A stretch of 63,283 bases of DNA, counting the filler, from Chiloscyllium plagiosum (Eukaryota): the NCBI RefSeq assembly GCF_004010195.1. It is 4 parts of one record of this genome, joined end to end, with 100 filler letters (N's around TTAATTAATTAA, not from the genome) between each part and the next. Parts side by side here need not be neighbours in the genome. Positions count along the whole stretch, not along the records: positions 1 to 27,755 come from NC_057715.1; 3 more parts are not named here. One strand, given 5' to 3'. Positions 12,581 to 27,036 of the stretch are shown here, in pieces. How positions within the stretch are numbered: position 1 is the stretch's first letter; each line of letters opens with the position of its first letter. The translations under genes were made by a program, and so were the position numbers. Below the pieces are notes generated by a model. It was not told the DNA's origin. It saw only the letters and a program-made list of their open reading frames with translations, and searched no databases.

Positions 12581-13864
12581 ACTACTGTGAGATTGTGTGT
12601 CTCCTTTGTGCCATCCTTTCAACAAGTGCAGTGTTAAATCTGGTCTGATGGCTGTGAATGTGAGAGGGAGTGACAGTGTTTCATATCATCAGCCTTTTCT
12701 TCCTCATTCCTTTGGTTCCTTTCACCACTGCCTGGTCACTGTTATTGGGTGGTTAAAGAGCAAAAGGCATAAGCATACTGTTGCTAAGATGGAAGAAGAG
12801 AAAAGAAAGAGGTGTATTCTTAAAATTGCAGCCAGTAAATCAAACAGATTGTATGATATACCCGGTTCAATCATAATGCACCTTCCATTTAAGAAATGCA
12901 GACAACTTCAAGCTTGGCTTTAACTGGTGTGAGCCTCTCATGATTTTGCTCAAGCAGTCAGTCAGTAATGCATTCAACATTGGCTGCATACCGGAATCAC
13001 TTAAATGAATAGATAGTGTGAAGTTTGCTTGTTAAAAGTGTTAGAAACAATGGACAAGGATTAAATCTAAATTCCAAACCTGCATCAATTTTCAGGAAAT
13101 ATCCAGTTTTGCAATTTAAATCCATTCTACACAAAACTTCAAACAATTGGCTATATTTTTCTTTCACTAAGTTAATGAAACATAATCTTAATGAACCAAA
13201 ATTATTTAAACAATTACAATATGTCAGCATTGATTTTTGAAAAAATAGTTATTTTCTCATTTCACTTTCACATTGAAACACTGCTTGGACATATATGCTG
13301 TGGTTACACAAGTGTACCAGTCCTGTTTTCTATTAAGTTCATTTATTTGGTACATTAAGAAAGAATAACAAAACTATAATGAAAAATGGTCATCTTCCAT
13401 TCTCTGCCCTAAGGTAGGTCAAACCCACAGCACCACAATGTACATCATGGGTAAGACAAGGAGGCAGGTTCCAATTCACCCAGTCTGTACAAGGATCAAA
13501 CCCTGTGTCATTGGCATCAGTCTGATCTACATTGAACATCCTCGTCCCCAAGGAATCTCATTTCTTGAGGCAGCATGCACTTTTACATGTATGGTATATT
13601 CTAGAGATATGAATACTGATGCTAGTGGATCCACTTTTCTTTCCATCATATCGGCTAATGAGAAACCTCTTTACTCTTACTACCTGCCATTTGTATATAT
13701 TGGAAGGAATTCAATCTATTTGACCTGTTAAGGGATGCGATGGCCTACTGATATCATTGCTGGACTGTTAAACCAGAGACGCTGGTAATATTCTGGAGAC
13801 CAGAGTTCAACTGACATTCTTACCTGGTCTGGTCTACATGTGACTCCAGACCACAGCAATGTGG

Positions 13865-14200
13865 TGTGGCAATATGGCTCAGTAGTTAACATTGCTGACT
13901 CACAGCGCCAGGGACCCGGGTTCAATTCCAGCCTCAGGTGACTGTGTGGAGTTTGCACATTCTCCCCGTGTCTGCGTGGGCTTCCTCTGGATGCTCCAGT
14001 TTCCTTCCACAGTCCAAAGATGCGCAGGTTAGGCGGTTTGGCCATTCTAAATTGCCCATAGTGTCTAGGGATGTACATTAGGCTGGTTAGCCATGTTAAA
14101 CACAGGGCTGCAGGGATAGGGTAGGGCGGTGGAATGCTCTTTGTTTGATCGGAATGGACTGAATGGCCTGCTTCCACGCTGTTGGGGTTCTAGTAATCTA
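13865..14200 (+). mobile_element. HE1-like tRNA-derived V-SINE
   Basis: A box TGGCTCAGTAGTT, B box GGTTCAATTCC, V-domain TGTGTGGAGTTTGCACATTCTCCCCGTG. Confidence 0.85.
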
Positions 14201-14299
14201 TGACTCTTAACTACCCTCTGAGCAATTAGGGATCAGCAATAAATGCTGGTCTAGACAGTGATGCCCACATCCCATGAATGAATAAAAAAATTATAAAGA

Positions 14300-15970
14300 T
14301 ACCTGCATTCGCAATAATCATTAGATAGAAGCACAAAGTGAATGATCCACCCTGGCCTACTTCAGAGGTCCCAAGCATCACAGAAACCAGTCTTCAGTCA
14401 ATTTGACTCATTTCATGTGAGATCAGAAATTGTTGGAGCAAGTATTGCAAACTTCATGGGCCCTGACAATATTCCCTCAATAGTACTGAAGACCTGTGCT
14501 CCAAAACTTGCCAGATCTCTAGCCAAGATGTTCCAGCTCAGTTACAACACTGACTTCTACCTGACAATTGCCCAGGTATGCTGTGTACATAAAAAGCAGG
14601 ACAAATCCAACCCTGCCATTTACCACTCCATCAGTCCACTCTCTATCATCAGTAAAGTGATGGAAGGAGTCATCAACAGTGCTGTCAAGCACTACCTGCC
14701 CAGCAATAACCTGCTCAGTGATACCCAGCTTGGGTTCCACCAGGACCACTCAATTCAGCCTTGGTTTAATTCAGCCTCATTACAGCCTTGGTTCAAACAT
14801 GGACAAAAGACCTGAATTCCAGAGATGAGATGATAGTGACAGCCTTCAGCATCAAGGCCAATTTGACCAAGAATGATATCAAAGAATCCTAGCAAGACTG
14901 AAATAATCATGAATCAAAGGGAATCTCTTTGCTGGTTGGAGCATACCTGCACATAGAAAGGTGGTTGTGGTTGGTGGAGGTTAGTCATCTCAGCTCCAGG
15001 ACATCTCTGCAGGGATTCCTCAGGGTGTTGTTTTTGGCTGAATCATCTTCAGCTGGTTCATCAATGACCTGCCCTCTATCATCAAGGTGAGAAGTGGGTA
15101 TGTTCACCGATGATTGCACAATGTTCACCACCGTTCATGGCTCCTCAGAGTATGCAACAAGGTCTGGACAATATCCAGGCTTGGGTTGACAAGTGGCAAG
15201 TAACATTCATGCCACATTAATTCCAGGCAATCCACATGGTCAATAATAGACAAACTAACCTCTGTCCCTTGACAATGCATGGTGTTACCATCACTGAATT
15301 CTCCAATATCAATATTCATGGGGTTACTATTTACCAGAAACTCAACTGGACTCACCATACAGTGGCTACAAGAGCAGGCCAGAGACTAGAAATATTGCAG
15401 TGAGTGATTCACCCCCTGTTCCCAAAAGTGCCTGTTCCTATCTACAAGGCACAAGCCAAGTGTGATGGTATACTCCCAACTTATCTGGGTGAATGCAGCA
15501 TTACCACCACTCAAGGAGCTCGACAAATCCAGGACAAAGCAGCTCACTTGATTTGCATCACATCCATAAACATTCATTCACTTTACCATTGTACTCAGTA
15601 GCAGCAATACGTGCTTTCTTGAGAATGCACTGCAGATTTTTACCAAAGATCCTTGTACAGCACCTTCCAAACCTACGAACAATACTGTCTAGAAAGACAG
15701 CTGATATATGAGAGCCCCATTACCTGCAAGATCCCCTCCAAGACACTCATGTTCCTGACTTGAAAATATATCATTGTTCCTGCAGTGTTGCTGAGTCAGG
15801 AACCCAGAATCCCCTCCTTAAGGGCAGTGTGGGTTTACCTGCAGCACATGGACTGCAGTGCTACAAGAAAGCAGCTCACCGCCCCTCGTCTGAAGAACAA
15901 CTAGAGGCAGGCAATAAATGCTGGCCCAGCCAGTGATGCCCACATCCCATGAGTGAATTAAAAAAAATGA
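14300..15970 (+). mobile_element. Non-LTR retrotransposon (CR1/L2 group, distinct family) RT to 3' end
   Basis: GPDNIPSIVLK and KSNPAIYHSISPLSIISKVME (RT N-terminus); GIPQG- and FTDD-like remnants; A-rich tail. Confidence 0.8.
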
Positions 15971-18299
15971 AATCCTCCATGAAACCTGACAAGATTGACA
16001 CAACGAAAATATGGCAACATTCAGTCTGAAGTGACTGGTTAGAGTATAAGTTAATGTGTACAATTTGACAAAAATTATACATATCATTTAAATTTGGTGA
16101 GCAATCTTATAATGATACAACAATTAAATTTTCTTAAGATTTGTAAACTACTTTGAATCTCAGGAATATTTAATTATGCACTAATAATAAGTGTTACATG
16201 TAGTTAATCTCTTCCTAGTGTTGAGAGCTGTGAAATGTTTCATCCCGTTGTTCCTGCGAAAAAAAATCAAACACCTTCTTAATAAGATTTGTCTCTTTCT
16301 CATTATATTGGTCTTTGCATTGGGTTGCAGTGGTTATTCCTTTTTCCTCTTCTTCTAACCTCCCCATTGAACAAAGAGTGGAATTCTAACTTCATCTGCC
16401 TAGCAGAAACAGGTTGAAGGGCAGTTAAAATTGCTCAAATTACTTATTGGTCATGGAGTCACCATGAACTGATGAATTGATATAGTTTAATAACAAGGGC
16501 GTTCCATGGAGGATGAAAATTGGGAGAAATCATTTTTCTGAGAGGATCATGAATCTTCGCAATTCAGTTCACCAGACAACAGTATTAGTTGAATATTTCT
16601 AAGATAGAGGCAGATATATTCTAGACGAACAAGTGAATGAGAGGTTATCAGGGTAGAAAAGAATGTGGCATAGAGGCCACAACCAGATCAGTTTGAGGGG
16701 CCAAATGCCTATTTCTACTTCTAATTGATATATTTATATGTATTCTCAGTTTTAATTATCTGTACAATGGCAAAGACACCCACCTCAAAGCCAATGGGTT
16801 CCTTTATTAAATACACATCTTGATTACGTGTGATATCATTCAAACCTGACTGTAATTTAAACTGAACGACTTGAGCAGAAGACTGTAATGACCATCCCAC
16901 CTCAAAGGATTGCCAAATCTCTAGCATTATCCTGGAATCTCTAGGAATTAAAAAATAATCCCTTGGATACTACTAAGGGTAACCCAGAAGAAAAATCCTA
17001 GAGGAGTTTAAAAAAGTGTGAATTTCATTTACTTTGAACACTTTTGCTTATTAATCACAAAAGTATTGGGGTGGGATAAACATATGGCAATTGAGGCAGG
17101 AGGTTGTGAAATTATACCTCCAGGAATACATCCAATCAGATGGAAAAGGATTGGGATCAGAAGATGGCCAGTTAAATTTTGTCATCTACTCATTGGGATC
17201 TCCAAGTTAGTTTCTGACCTGTAGTAGCTTGGTATTTATTTTTGTTCGAGAATCGTTTGAAACTCTTGGCATTCTTGATGGCCTCTTGTGTGAGTATTCT
17301 TGGAAGAGAATAATTGAATACTTTGCTAAAGGCTGCGAGAGTCTCAAGTCTTTTCTAAATAATAGTTTATTTACATTATGCTAACTGTACACATTTAGAT
17401 TCAGCATAAGCTCCAGACACTTGTATCTCTCTTCGAAGTGTTTCCATACCACATGATCTATTGTATCACCACTGACAAAGACTAAACTTTCCTGTTTACA
17501 TGGCCAAGAGTTATCTCTTTATTCTCCAATAACAAGTTGAAGGGCATCTGAAAATGTATGTTGGCTAATGTCTTTTCTATTTTTTATTGAATATACAATA
17601 CCATGCAAAAAAGTTAGTTAAGTACTAGTAGTAGTTATGCTAAATGAAAGCACTTACAACAGAGGTCCCATGACTATGACAGGTCATAGTGCACATTACG
17701 TTTACAGATGCATTTCTCTAAATATCCCAAGCATCCTTAAAAAAACAAAAATGCATTTTCATGTGCTATCATTTGCAGTTACAATTTACCCACTATACAC
17801 GAACAGTCAAGTAAATTGAACAAAATTGTGTTAATATTTATCTGTTGTACTTTCTTCAGTCTCTGCATATGAACTGCATGCATAATGTTTAAATCATGCA
17901 GGTCTTCTAATAATACACAAATACATTGTTGGTAGCTGTTCATCTGCTCTAAGCTCATGGGTGATGTTTCTTTACTACAGGGCATGTTGATCCATGGTGA
18001 GGGCTGTTGTTTTGGTATCAGGTGTTGCTGATCCATTGCCCTTGTTGAGGATCAGTGGACCTCTAGAGCTGATAGGTGTTCTGTATTCTGTGCAGTGAAT
18101 GAATTCAAATCTTGTTTGTTAGCTGTCTACAGTGAAGGACTGACTTCTGTAGTTGTACATATAAATGCATGGATATAATAATATATCCAGTCATTCATGT
18201 TCATTATGTACAGTCAAGGTATTAATATTCTACATAGGTGCTACCTTGTACTTGGGCTAACTTTAGTCGATAGCATTGAATGTTTGAACTCAGACTTTC

Positions 18300-19710
18300 T
18301 CCAATGCTTAGCTGTGCTGATGATCTTGCATCTCTATTAAAATGAAATATGGTAATTGTCATTTCACTTTGATTTTGTTCTACTCATTCCTGTTGTTTCT
18401 GTTGGCTTCAGAAGTTTTTGTTTAAGCTGTTTAAAGAATAGTTTGGATGCAATGTGACATTAGGTTAGACTTTCAGTACCTTCAGGTGTCAGTATGTGAT
18501 TGCCTTGTTCAAATGTTTGAGATTCCCTTGGTGGTTTTCACTGATGGCACAGCCTTTCCTTTTAACTGGAGATAATGTGGCAATGGCTTATGATGTTGAT
18601 TTTCCTAATCATTTAAGGAGGACTAGAATTCTTCACTCATGAATTGAGGGCCTTTGTCGCTCATCATAGTCTGAATGCTGTAATGACTATGGATGACTAT
18701 ATGCTTTCAAGAATTCTATAAACTTGTTGGTAGTCATTGATGTCAGTTGATCAATGGTAAAAAGATATTCAATCTTGCAAAAGTAGAGAGATCTACTCTA
18801 ATCTTCATCCATGGTCTCTCTGGGATGTTAAGTGTCATGATTAGTTTTCTAGCTTGTTTAGCTTGATATTCATTACAAAGTACTGCACTGGCTGATACAG
18901 TCCTTTACCTCATGTTCTTGTTTGGATAGTAGAACATTTCTGTTTGATGAAGCGTTACTGTACTTGAAACGTTAACTCTGTTTTCTTCCCACAGATGTTG
19001 CCAGACATGTTGACTTGCTCCTCACAATTTCAGTTCTTGTTTTAGAGCATTTCTCCTGTCTTGCTCAGATGAGATGAAATTCCTTGATGTTTACATAGAT
19101 GTATTTCAACATTTCTTTTACTCATGTCCTTCATGATAATGTCTTATCTGGAAGATGCCATCTTGGGCCACAATTTCATATCTGTATACTCTATACTCTC
19201 TTATATCAACAGGCATGTCCTCGATTGCTTCAGCCTATACTTTCTTCACTATTTCCTGCAACATTTGGAGTACTTCATCTTGTCAGAATTTGCTTAATTT
19301 GAACAAGATGCTTGTCTTTCAAGTTCATTGTCTATGTTGGTTAATGGGTTCCGCAGCATGCCAACCTCTTGCACCTTTTTGTATGTAGAAGTGTTCCCAC
19401 TCTGTCTCAGTACCATCTAATTTATTTATAAGGACTGCTGTTCTTGACAGAACCTCTGCAATGTACACCTGTTTCCCTTGCTTTTACATCACACCCAAAT
19501 GATACCTCTGCCAGGAAAATAATATTATTTGCAGACACTTGGGAGCAGATGGAAGTGGTTGAAGAGATATTTTGAAGTTGCTTGTGGTCAGCCACTGGTC
19601 ACTTTGTCTCTTCCAAATAGGTATTGATTAAAATATGCACGCAGGTAATAGCCAATCACTCTTTCTCAATCTGTGCTTAATGTCATTCAGTTTAGGATAA
19701 AGGCCTGAAA
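18300..19710 (-). mobile_element. Gypsy/Ty3 LTR retrotransposon pol remnant (RNase H to integrase)
   Basis: Minus strand shows degenerate QIEKE.LAI, DHK.L, SAPKCLQ and GKQVYIAEVLSR (RNase H), plus a C..C / IP.RPW integrase N-terminal remnant; many frameshifts. Confidence 0.7.
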
Positions 19711-19998
19711 TCTGAATACAGGCTGAAGTAACTAGTTATAGTCAGAAACAACCATTTAATAGATGCTGTTACTAACAAAGGCAGCAATAAAATGGCTTCT
19801 AGATGCAAATAACATAACAACATGGCCTCGAGGCTGCAAGTTGACATTTCTGCGTAAAGCTACATTCCTGAATTAACCATAGTGTGTTTTAGCAAAGATT
19901 AGCAGACAATGCTTCCTTAATAGCATAGAAATAACTAGACTAGACGGGACGTTACTAACCATCCTAAGTGCAAGTGCAAGGAATAGTTTCACAAGATA

Positions 19999-20286
19999 GG
20001 GGTGGCACGGTGGCTCAGTGGTTAGCATTGCTGCCTTCCAGCACCAGGGTCCCAGGTTTAATTCCTGCCTCGGGTGACTGTGTGGAGTCTGCACATTCTC
20101 ACTGTGTCTGTGTGGGTTTCCTCCCACAGTCCAAAGATATGCAGGTCAGGTGTATTGGCCATACTAAATTGCCCATAGGTTAGGTGCATTAGTCAGAGGG
20201 AAATGGGTCTGGGTGGGTTATTCTTTGGAGGGTCAGTGTGGACTTGTTGGGCCGAAGGGCCTGTTTCCACACTGTAGGGAATCTAA
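19999..20286 (+). mobile_element. HE1-like V-SINE, full length
   Basis: GGTGGCACGGTGGCTCAGTGGTTAGCA tRNA head, V-domain, CR1-like tail GGGCCTGTTTCCACACTGTAGGGA; AAGATAG on both flanks. Confidence 0.9.
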
Positions 20287-20834
20287 GATAGTGGTGCTTG
20301 AATGTGGAAAGTAAAGTTGGTTCCCAGGAAATACCATTGTCAGTAAAGCCATTTCGTTAAATTTGATCGCTAATTGTTTAAATTTGCTCTGTAATTATGG
20401 CTATACCTCTTTTCAAAAAAAGATATAAAAATGTCTTTGTGTTAAGCCATGTGTGCAGTTTCTCCTTGATGACACAGAACTGTTGAACCTTTGTGTTGGC
20501 TGGACAACCTGTACCCGGCCATGATAATTAAAGTATGAAATCTTACAGAGCCAGACTGAATTGCTAGTGTTTATTGACCGATCGTGGAACAGAGAGACCC
20601 CCGGGGAGTCCAGATCTTCAATTGCACGGTGACTTAACAGTTGATGTCATTACACCTCAGCACTGGTGTCATCATTAGTTGCTTGATTCTAATGAAAGTG
20701 CTTCTTCTGTGTCCCAAAAGCACAGTACATATTTAGCAATGACCTTGTGTAAGGTTCAATCTCTGATGCTAAATTAGGCAAAAGCTTTGCTAGATAGTTC
20801 ACAAAGCAAGGAAATCGTTGTGTCTTTTTCATAC

Positions 20835-21060
20835 CTCATAGAGTCATAGAGATGTACAGCATGGAAACAGACCCTTCAGTCCAACCTGTCCATGCCGACC
20901 AGATATCCCAACCCAATCTAGTCCTACCTGCCAGCACCCGACCCATATCCCTCCAAACCCTTCCTATTGATATACCCATTCAAATGCCTTTTAAATATTG
21001 CAATTATACCAGCCTCCACCACTTCCTCTGGCAGCTCGTTCCATACACGTACCACCCTCA
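20835..21060 (-). mobile_element. CR1 LINE 3' terminal fragment
   Basis: Reverse complement of the CR1 tail (CATAGAGTCATAGAGATGTACAGCATGGAAACAGACCC). Confidence 0.88.
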
Positions 21061-21374
21061 CTCATCTCTAATTCATCTCTCATCTTGTTTGAATCTGGGC
21101 AAAGTCCTTATGCTGTCATGATCTCTGCACTTGTATACAGGTATCTTCTACTGGATCAGCTTTAGGTTGTTCAACTTCAGGTTCACTCCACAACCACCTG
21201 ATGAAGGAGCAGTGCTCCAAAAGCTAGTGCTTCCAACACTGGCATCTCCAAATCATGACTACCAACAAGATGGTGATTGGATCAGCTCAGAGCTGATACA
21301 CGTTGTTATAGCTTCCTGAGTAGTAACTTTCTCCTGTTTTACCACAGATGCTCTCATAATGCCTCAAACACACA

Positions 21375-24300
21375 ATTGGGTTAACTCCAGGAAAGGTAAG
21401 AAAGGTAGGCAGTTGAAGTTCTGTGGCTATCCCCATTTCAAACAAGTATGCTGTTTTGGAAAATGTAGGGGGTGATCGATTCACAGGGGAATGTAGCACA
21501 GCCAAGTTTCTGGTAATGAGACTGGCTCTAATGCAATGAGGGGTCCGTCGGGTTCCAAGAGGTCAATTGTATTAGGGGACACCCTAGACGGAGGTACAGA
21601 CAGACGTTTCTGTGACCAGCAGCAAAAAATCAGAATGGTGTGTTTCTTCCCTGGTGCCAGGGTCAAGGATGTCTCTGAGAGGGTGTAGTGTGTTCTCACG
21701 GGGGAGATGGGCCAGCAAGAGGTCATTGTCCATATTGGAACCAAGGATAGGAAGGAAAAAGGTTGAGATTCTGAAGGGAGATTGCAGAGAGTTAGGCAGG
21801 AATTTAAAAAGGAGGTCCTCGAGAGTAGTAATATCAGGATTACTTCCAGTGCTACGAGCTAGCGAAGGCAGGAATAGCAGGATAGAGCAGATGAATGTAT
21901 GGCTGAGGAGCTGGTGTATGGGAGAAGGATTCACATTTTTGGATTGTTGGAATCTCTTTTGGGGTAGAAGTGACCTGTACAAGAAGGACAGATTGCACTT
22001 AAATTGGAAGGGGACTAATATACGATCAGGGACATTTGCTAGTGCTGCTTGGGAGGATTTAAACTAGTAAGGTGGGGGTGTGGGACCCAGGGAGATAGTG
22101 AGGAAAGAGATCGATCTGAGACTGGTACAGTTGAGAACAGAAGCGAGTCAAACAAACAGTCAGGGCAGGCAGGTACAAGGTAGGACTAATAAATTAAACT
22201 GCACTTATTTCAATGCAAGGGGCCTAACAAGGAAGGCAGATGAACTCAGGGCATGGTTAGGAACATGGGACTGGGATATCATAGCAATTACAGAAACATG
22301 GCTCAGGGATGGGCAGGACTGGCAGCTTAATGTTCCAGGATACAAATGCTACAGGAAGGATAGAAGGGGAGGCAAGAGAGGAGGGGGAGTGGTATTTTTG
22401 ATAAGGGACAGCATTACAGCTGTGCTGAGNNNNNNNNNNNNNNNNNNNNNNNNNNNNNNNNNNNNNNNNNNNNNNNNNNNNNNNNNNNNNNNNNNNNNNN
22501 NNNNNNNNNNNNNNNNNNNNNNNNNNNNNNNNNNNNNNNNNNNNNNNNNNNNNNNNNNNNNNNNNNNNNNNNNNNNNNNNNNNNNNNNNNNNNNNNNNNN
22601 NNNNNNNNNNNNNNNNNNNNNNNNNNNNNNNNNNNNNNNNNNNNNNNNNNNNNNNNNNNNNNNNNNNNNNNNNNNNNNNNNNNNNNNNNNNNNNNNNNNN
22701 NNNNNNNNNNNNNNNNNNNNNNNNNNNNNNNNNNNNNNNNNNNNNNNNNNNNNNNNNNNNNNNNNNNNNNNNNNNNNNNNNNNNNNNNNNNNNNNNNNNN
22801 NNNNNNNNNNNNNNNNNNNNNNNNNNNNNNNNNNNNNNNNNNNNNNNNNNNNNNNNNNNNNNNNNNNNNNNNNNNNNNNNNNNNNNNNNNNNNNNNNNNN
22901 NNNNNNNNNNNNNNNNNNNNNNNNNNNNNNNNNNNNNNNNNNNNNNNNNNNNNNNNNNNNNNNNNNNNNNNNNNNNNNNNNNNNNNNNNNNNNNNNNNNN
23001 NNNNNNNNNNNNNNNNNNNNNNNNNNNNNNNNNNNNNNNNACTCTTGGGAAATAAGGCAGGGCAGGTGACTGAGGTGTCAGTGGGGGAATTTAAAATACT
23101 GATGGAAAAGGATAGATCAGATCTAAAAGTTGAAGTTCTAAACTGGAGAAAGGTCAATTTTGGCGGTATGAGTCAATAACTTTCAAAAGCTGATTGGGCG
23201 CAGATGTTTGCAGGTAAAGGGACGGCTGGAAAATGGGAAGCCTTCAGAAATTAGATAATGAGAATCCAGAGAAAGTACATTCCTGTTAGGGTGAAAGGAA
23301 AGGCTGGTAGGTGTAGGGAATGCTGGATGACCAAAGAAATTGAGGGTTTGGTTAAGAAAAAGAAGGAAGCATATGTAAGGATAGATCGAGTGAATTCTTA
23401 GAAGAGTATAAAGGCAGTAGGAGTATACTTATGAGGGAAATCAGGATGGCAAAAAAGGGACATGAGATAGTTTTGGCAAATAGAATTAAGGAGAATCCAA
23501 AGTGTTTTTACAAATACATTAAGGACAAAAGGATAACTAGGGAGAGAATAGGGCCCCCTCAAAGATCAGCAAGGCGGCCTTTGTGTGGAGTCGCAGAAAA
23601 TGGGGGAGATACTAAACGAGTATTTTAGATCAGATTAGATTAGATTAGATTATTTACAGTGTGGAACACTATTTACTGTGGAAAAGGACATGGAAGATAC
23701 AGAATGTAGGGAAATAGATGGTGACATCTTGAAAAATGCCCATATTACAGAGGAGGAAGTGCTGGATGTCTTGGAACAGGTAAAGGTGGATAAATCCCCA
23801 GGACCCGATCAGGTGTACCCTAGAACTCTGTGGGAAGCTAGAGAAGTGATTGTTGGGCCATTTGCTGAGATATTTATATCATCGATTGTCACAGGTCAGG
23901 TGCCGGAAGACTGGAGAAGGGTGGTTAGGACAAGCCAGGGAACTGTATACCAGTGAGCCTGACGTCGGTGGTGGGCAAGTTGTTGGAGGGAATCCTGAGG
24001 GACAGGATGTACATGTATTTGGAAAGGCAAGGACTGATTAGGGATAGTCAACATGGCTTTGTGGGTGGGAAATCATGTCTCACAAACTTGATTGAGTTTA
24101 TTGAAGACGTAACAAAGAGGATTTACGAGGGCAGAGTGGTAGATGTGATCTATATGGAATTCACTAAGGCGTTCGACAAGGTTCCCCATGGGAGACTGAT
24201 TAGCAAGGTAAGATCTCACAGATTACAAGGAGAACTAGCCATTTGGATACAGAACTGGCTCAAAGGTAGAAGACAGAGGGTGGTGTTGGATGGTTGTTTT

Positions 24301-25335
24301 TCAGACTGGAGGCCTGTGACCAGTGGAGTGCCACAAGGATCGATGCTGGGTCCACTACTTTTCATCATTTATATAAATGATTTGGACTTGAGCATAAGAG
24401 GTATAGTTAGTCAGTTTGCAGATGACACCAAAATTGGAGGTGTAGTGGACAGCGAAGAAGGTTACCTCAGATTACAACGGGATCTTGATCAGATGGGCCA
24501 ATGGCTGAGGAGTGGCAGATGGAGTTTAATTCAGATAAATGCGAGGTGCTGCATTTTGGGAAAGCAAATCTTAGCAGGACTTGTACACTTAATGGTAAGG
24601 TCCTAGGGAGTGTTGCTGAACAAAGAGACCTTGGAGTGCAGGTTCATGGCTCCTTGAAAGTGGAGTCACAGGTCGATAGGATAGTGAAGAAGGCGTTTGG
24701 TATACTTTCCTTTATCGGTCAGAGTATTGAGTACAGGAATTGAGAGGTCATATTGTGGATGTACAGGACATTGGTTAGGCCACTGTTGGAATATTGCGTG
24801 CAATTCTGGTCTCCTTCCTATTGGAAAGATGTTGTGAAACTTGAAAGGGTTCAGAAAAGATTTACAAGGATATTGCCCAGGTTGGAGGATTTGAGCTATA
24901 GAGAGAGGCTGAACAGGCTGGGGCTGTTTTCCCTGCAGCATCGGAGGCTGAGGGGTGACCTTATAGAGGTTTACAAAATTATGACAGGCATGGATAGGAT
25001 AATAAGACAAAGTCTTTTCCCTGGAGTGGGTGAGTCTAGGACTAGAGGGCATAGGTTTAAGGTGAGAGGAGAAAGATATAAAAGAGACCTAAGGGGAAAA
25101 GTTTTCACACAGATGGTGGTACGTGTATGGAATGAGCTGCCAGAGGAAGTGATGGAGGCTAATACAATTGCAACATTTAAAAGACATTTGGATAGGTACA
25201 TGAATAGGAAGGGTTTGGAGGGATATGGGCTAAGTGCTGGCAGGTGGGACTAGTTTGGGTTGGGATATCTGGTTGGCATGGACGGGTTTACTGAAGGGTC
25301 TGTTTCCGTGCTGTACACCTCTATGACTCTATGAA
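21375..25335 (+). mobile_element. Near full-length CR1 LINE (ORF1 SGNH esterase, ORF2 endonuclease and RT), frameshifted
   Basis: RVVISGLLPV...DRLHLNWKG (ORF1 esterase); YFNARGL and DIIAITETWL (EN); AFDKVPH, SGVPQGS and FADDTKIG (RT); CTATGACTCTATGA tail; gap at 22430-23040. Confidence 0.95.
22430..23040. other. Assembly gap (611 N)
   Basis: Run of N inside CR1 ORF2. Confidence 0.99.
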
Positions 25336-27036
25336 ACAATCCTATTTCTGAGATCATCTTTCAGTTATCCACGATTCAGCTGCATATCTGAATGTTGCCA
25401 CACACTGATCAGCATTCTTTCTCTCCTCCAAGTCCTGATGTTGAACATGTAGCCTTCATATGTAACTTCAGAAGAAGGTTTGAAATGTGTCTTCAATCTG
25501 ACTTTTCTGCTTTTCATTGAAGTCTAGGATGGAGTAAATCCTGTGCAAGCAAATAAGACAAATGTAATGAAGCCAATTACCACTCTATCAATCTCAGGTC
25601 AATCATCAGCTAAGTGATAGAAGTATCCTCAATGGTGCTATCAAGCAGCACTTCCACAGCAATAACACACCCATTTACACTAAACTTAGGTTAGACCAAG
25701 CTCCTAACCTCATTAGAGATTTGTCCCAAATATTGACAAAGGAGCTGAACTCTAGAGGTGAGGGAGAGTGACTGTCCTTGACCGCAAGGCAACATTTTAC
25801 CAAGCATTGCATCAGTGAGCCCTAGCAAAGAGTCCTGGAGTCAAGGAGAATTAGGGGAAACATTCTAATATTGTATCAAACTATTCCCACTAAATTTGAC
25901 AATGCACTTTAGCATTAGGACAAATTTTGTAAAATATTAAGATCATCTTTTGAAAGTTTCCATCCCTCTTTAAACATTGTTTGCTACCTAACTTTCTTCT
26001 ACCTGCCAGCTCCTGGTCTGCAAATTCAAATGTTTGTCCATAAACAAAATACTTTGAAAAATTAATCACCCTGTTTCTAATGTGCTTTGACTTAAGCCTG
26101 ATTACTGCACTTCTTTATGATTTGTTATAGCAGCCTAGCTTCCCATCTGGTGTGTGTTATGAAATTGCTTTGATTATTTTTATGCATTTCAGAAACAAAC
26201 AATGTTCAAACATAGAGGCAAATAAAAGAGTAAAAAAAAGAATGGAACAGACACATGGATATAATCCAGTATTAGTGGCATATCTAAGTTACGTTAAAAT
26301 TCATATTTGTCTGCTCATTAATTTTCCCTCTTCTTGTCTGAAATTTTGTCCTGTTTTTGTCACATTTGCGGCAGAATCTGAGGCAACACCCTACTCTTAC
26401 AGTGCCTAAAACCTCAGGATTTAAATACCTAAGAATATCTGCTACGTTTACAAATCTTAGTGTTCTACATGACAAAACACTACCTGTTGCCTTTCTAATA
26501 TCTGTGCCAATCTAAGCATCTGCAACAGCCTCCCAGTCTTGTCTGTGGTGATCACGTACCACGAAGTTGAAGGATCACTCTAGCCTCCACTTCATAGTTC
26601 AGATCCCACCCACTTGCATCCTTACTCAATCAGAGAGGAAAGTGGTCAACAATCCACCTTCCTAAAAGAACAGATGGATTGAATCTTTCAACTCTAACTG
26701 CTCCTACTGGGAACTCAAACTTCTTAACACTATTATCTGAAATCAGACCTCTCCATAGAGAAATGTCACCTTAACATGCCTGTTATCTACTGTATATTCT
26801 CTTCCCTGACAAGCACCATTTAAAAAAAACAATTTTTTGGTGCACTGAAGTATCCAATTATATATGCAACTCGTGCAATCTAAAAAAAGCAGGAAACCAC
26901 AGGGCAGTTAGTCTAACAACTGTTATAACAAAAATGCTAGAATCTATTAAGGAATAGGAATTCATTTAGAAAATCATATTAAATACAGAATCAACATTGG
27001 TTTGTGATCAGAAATAGTTGAACTAATTTGTCTCAA

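Noticed and set aside
16215..16399. Exon-like segment on the minus strand
   Set aside because: Each frame from the putative acceptor hits a stop early and no product is recognisable.
22080..23157. Long ORFs of 329 aa and 247 aa
   Set aside because: Their length comes from the N gap.
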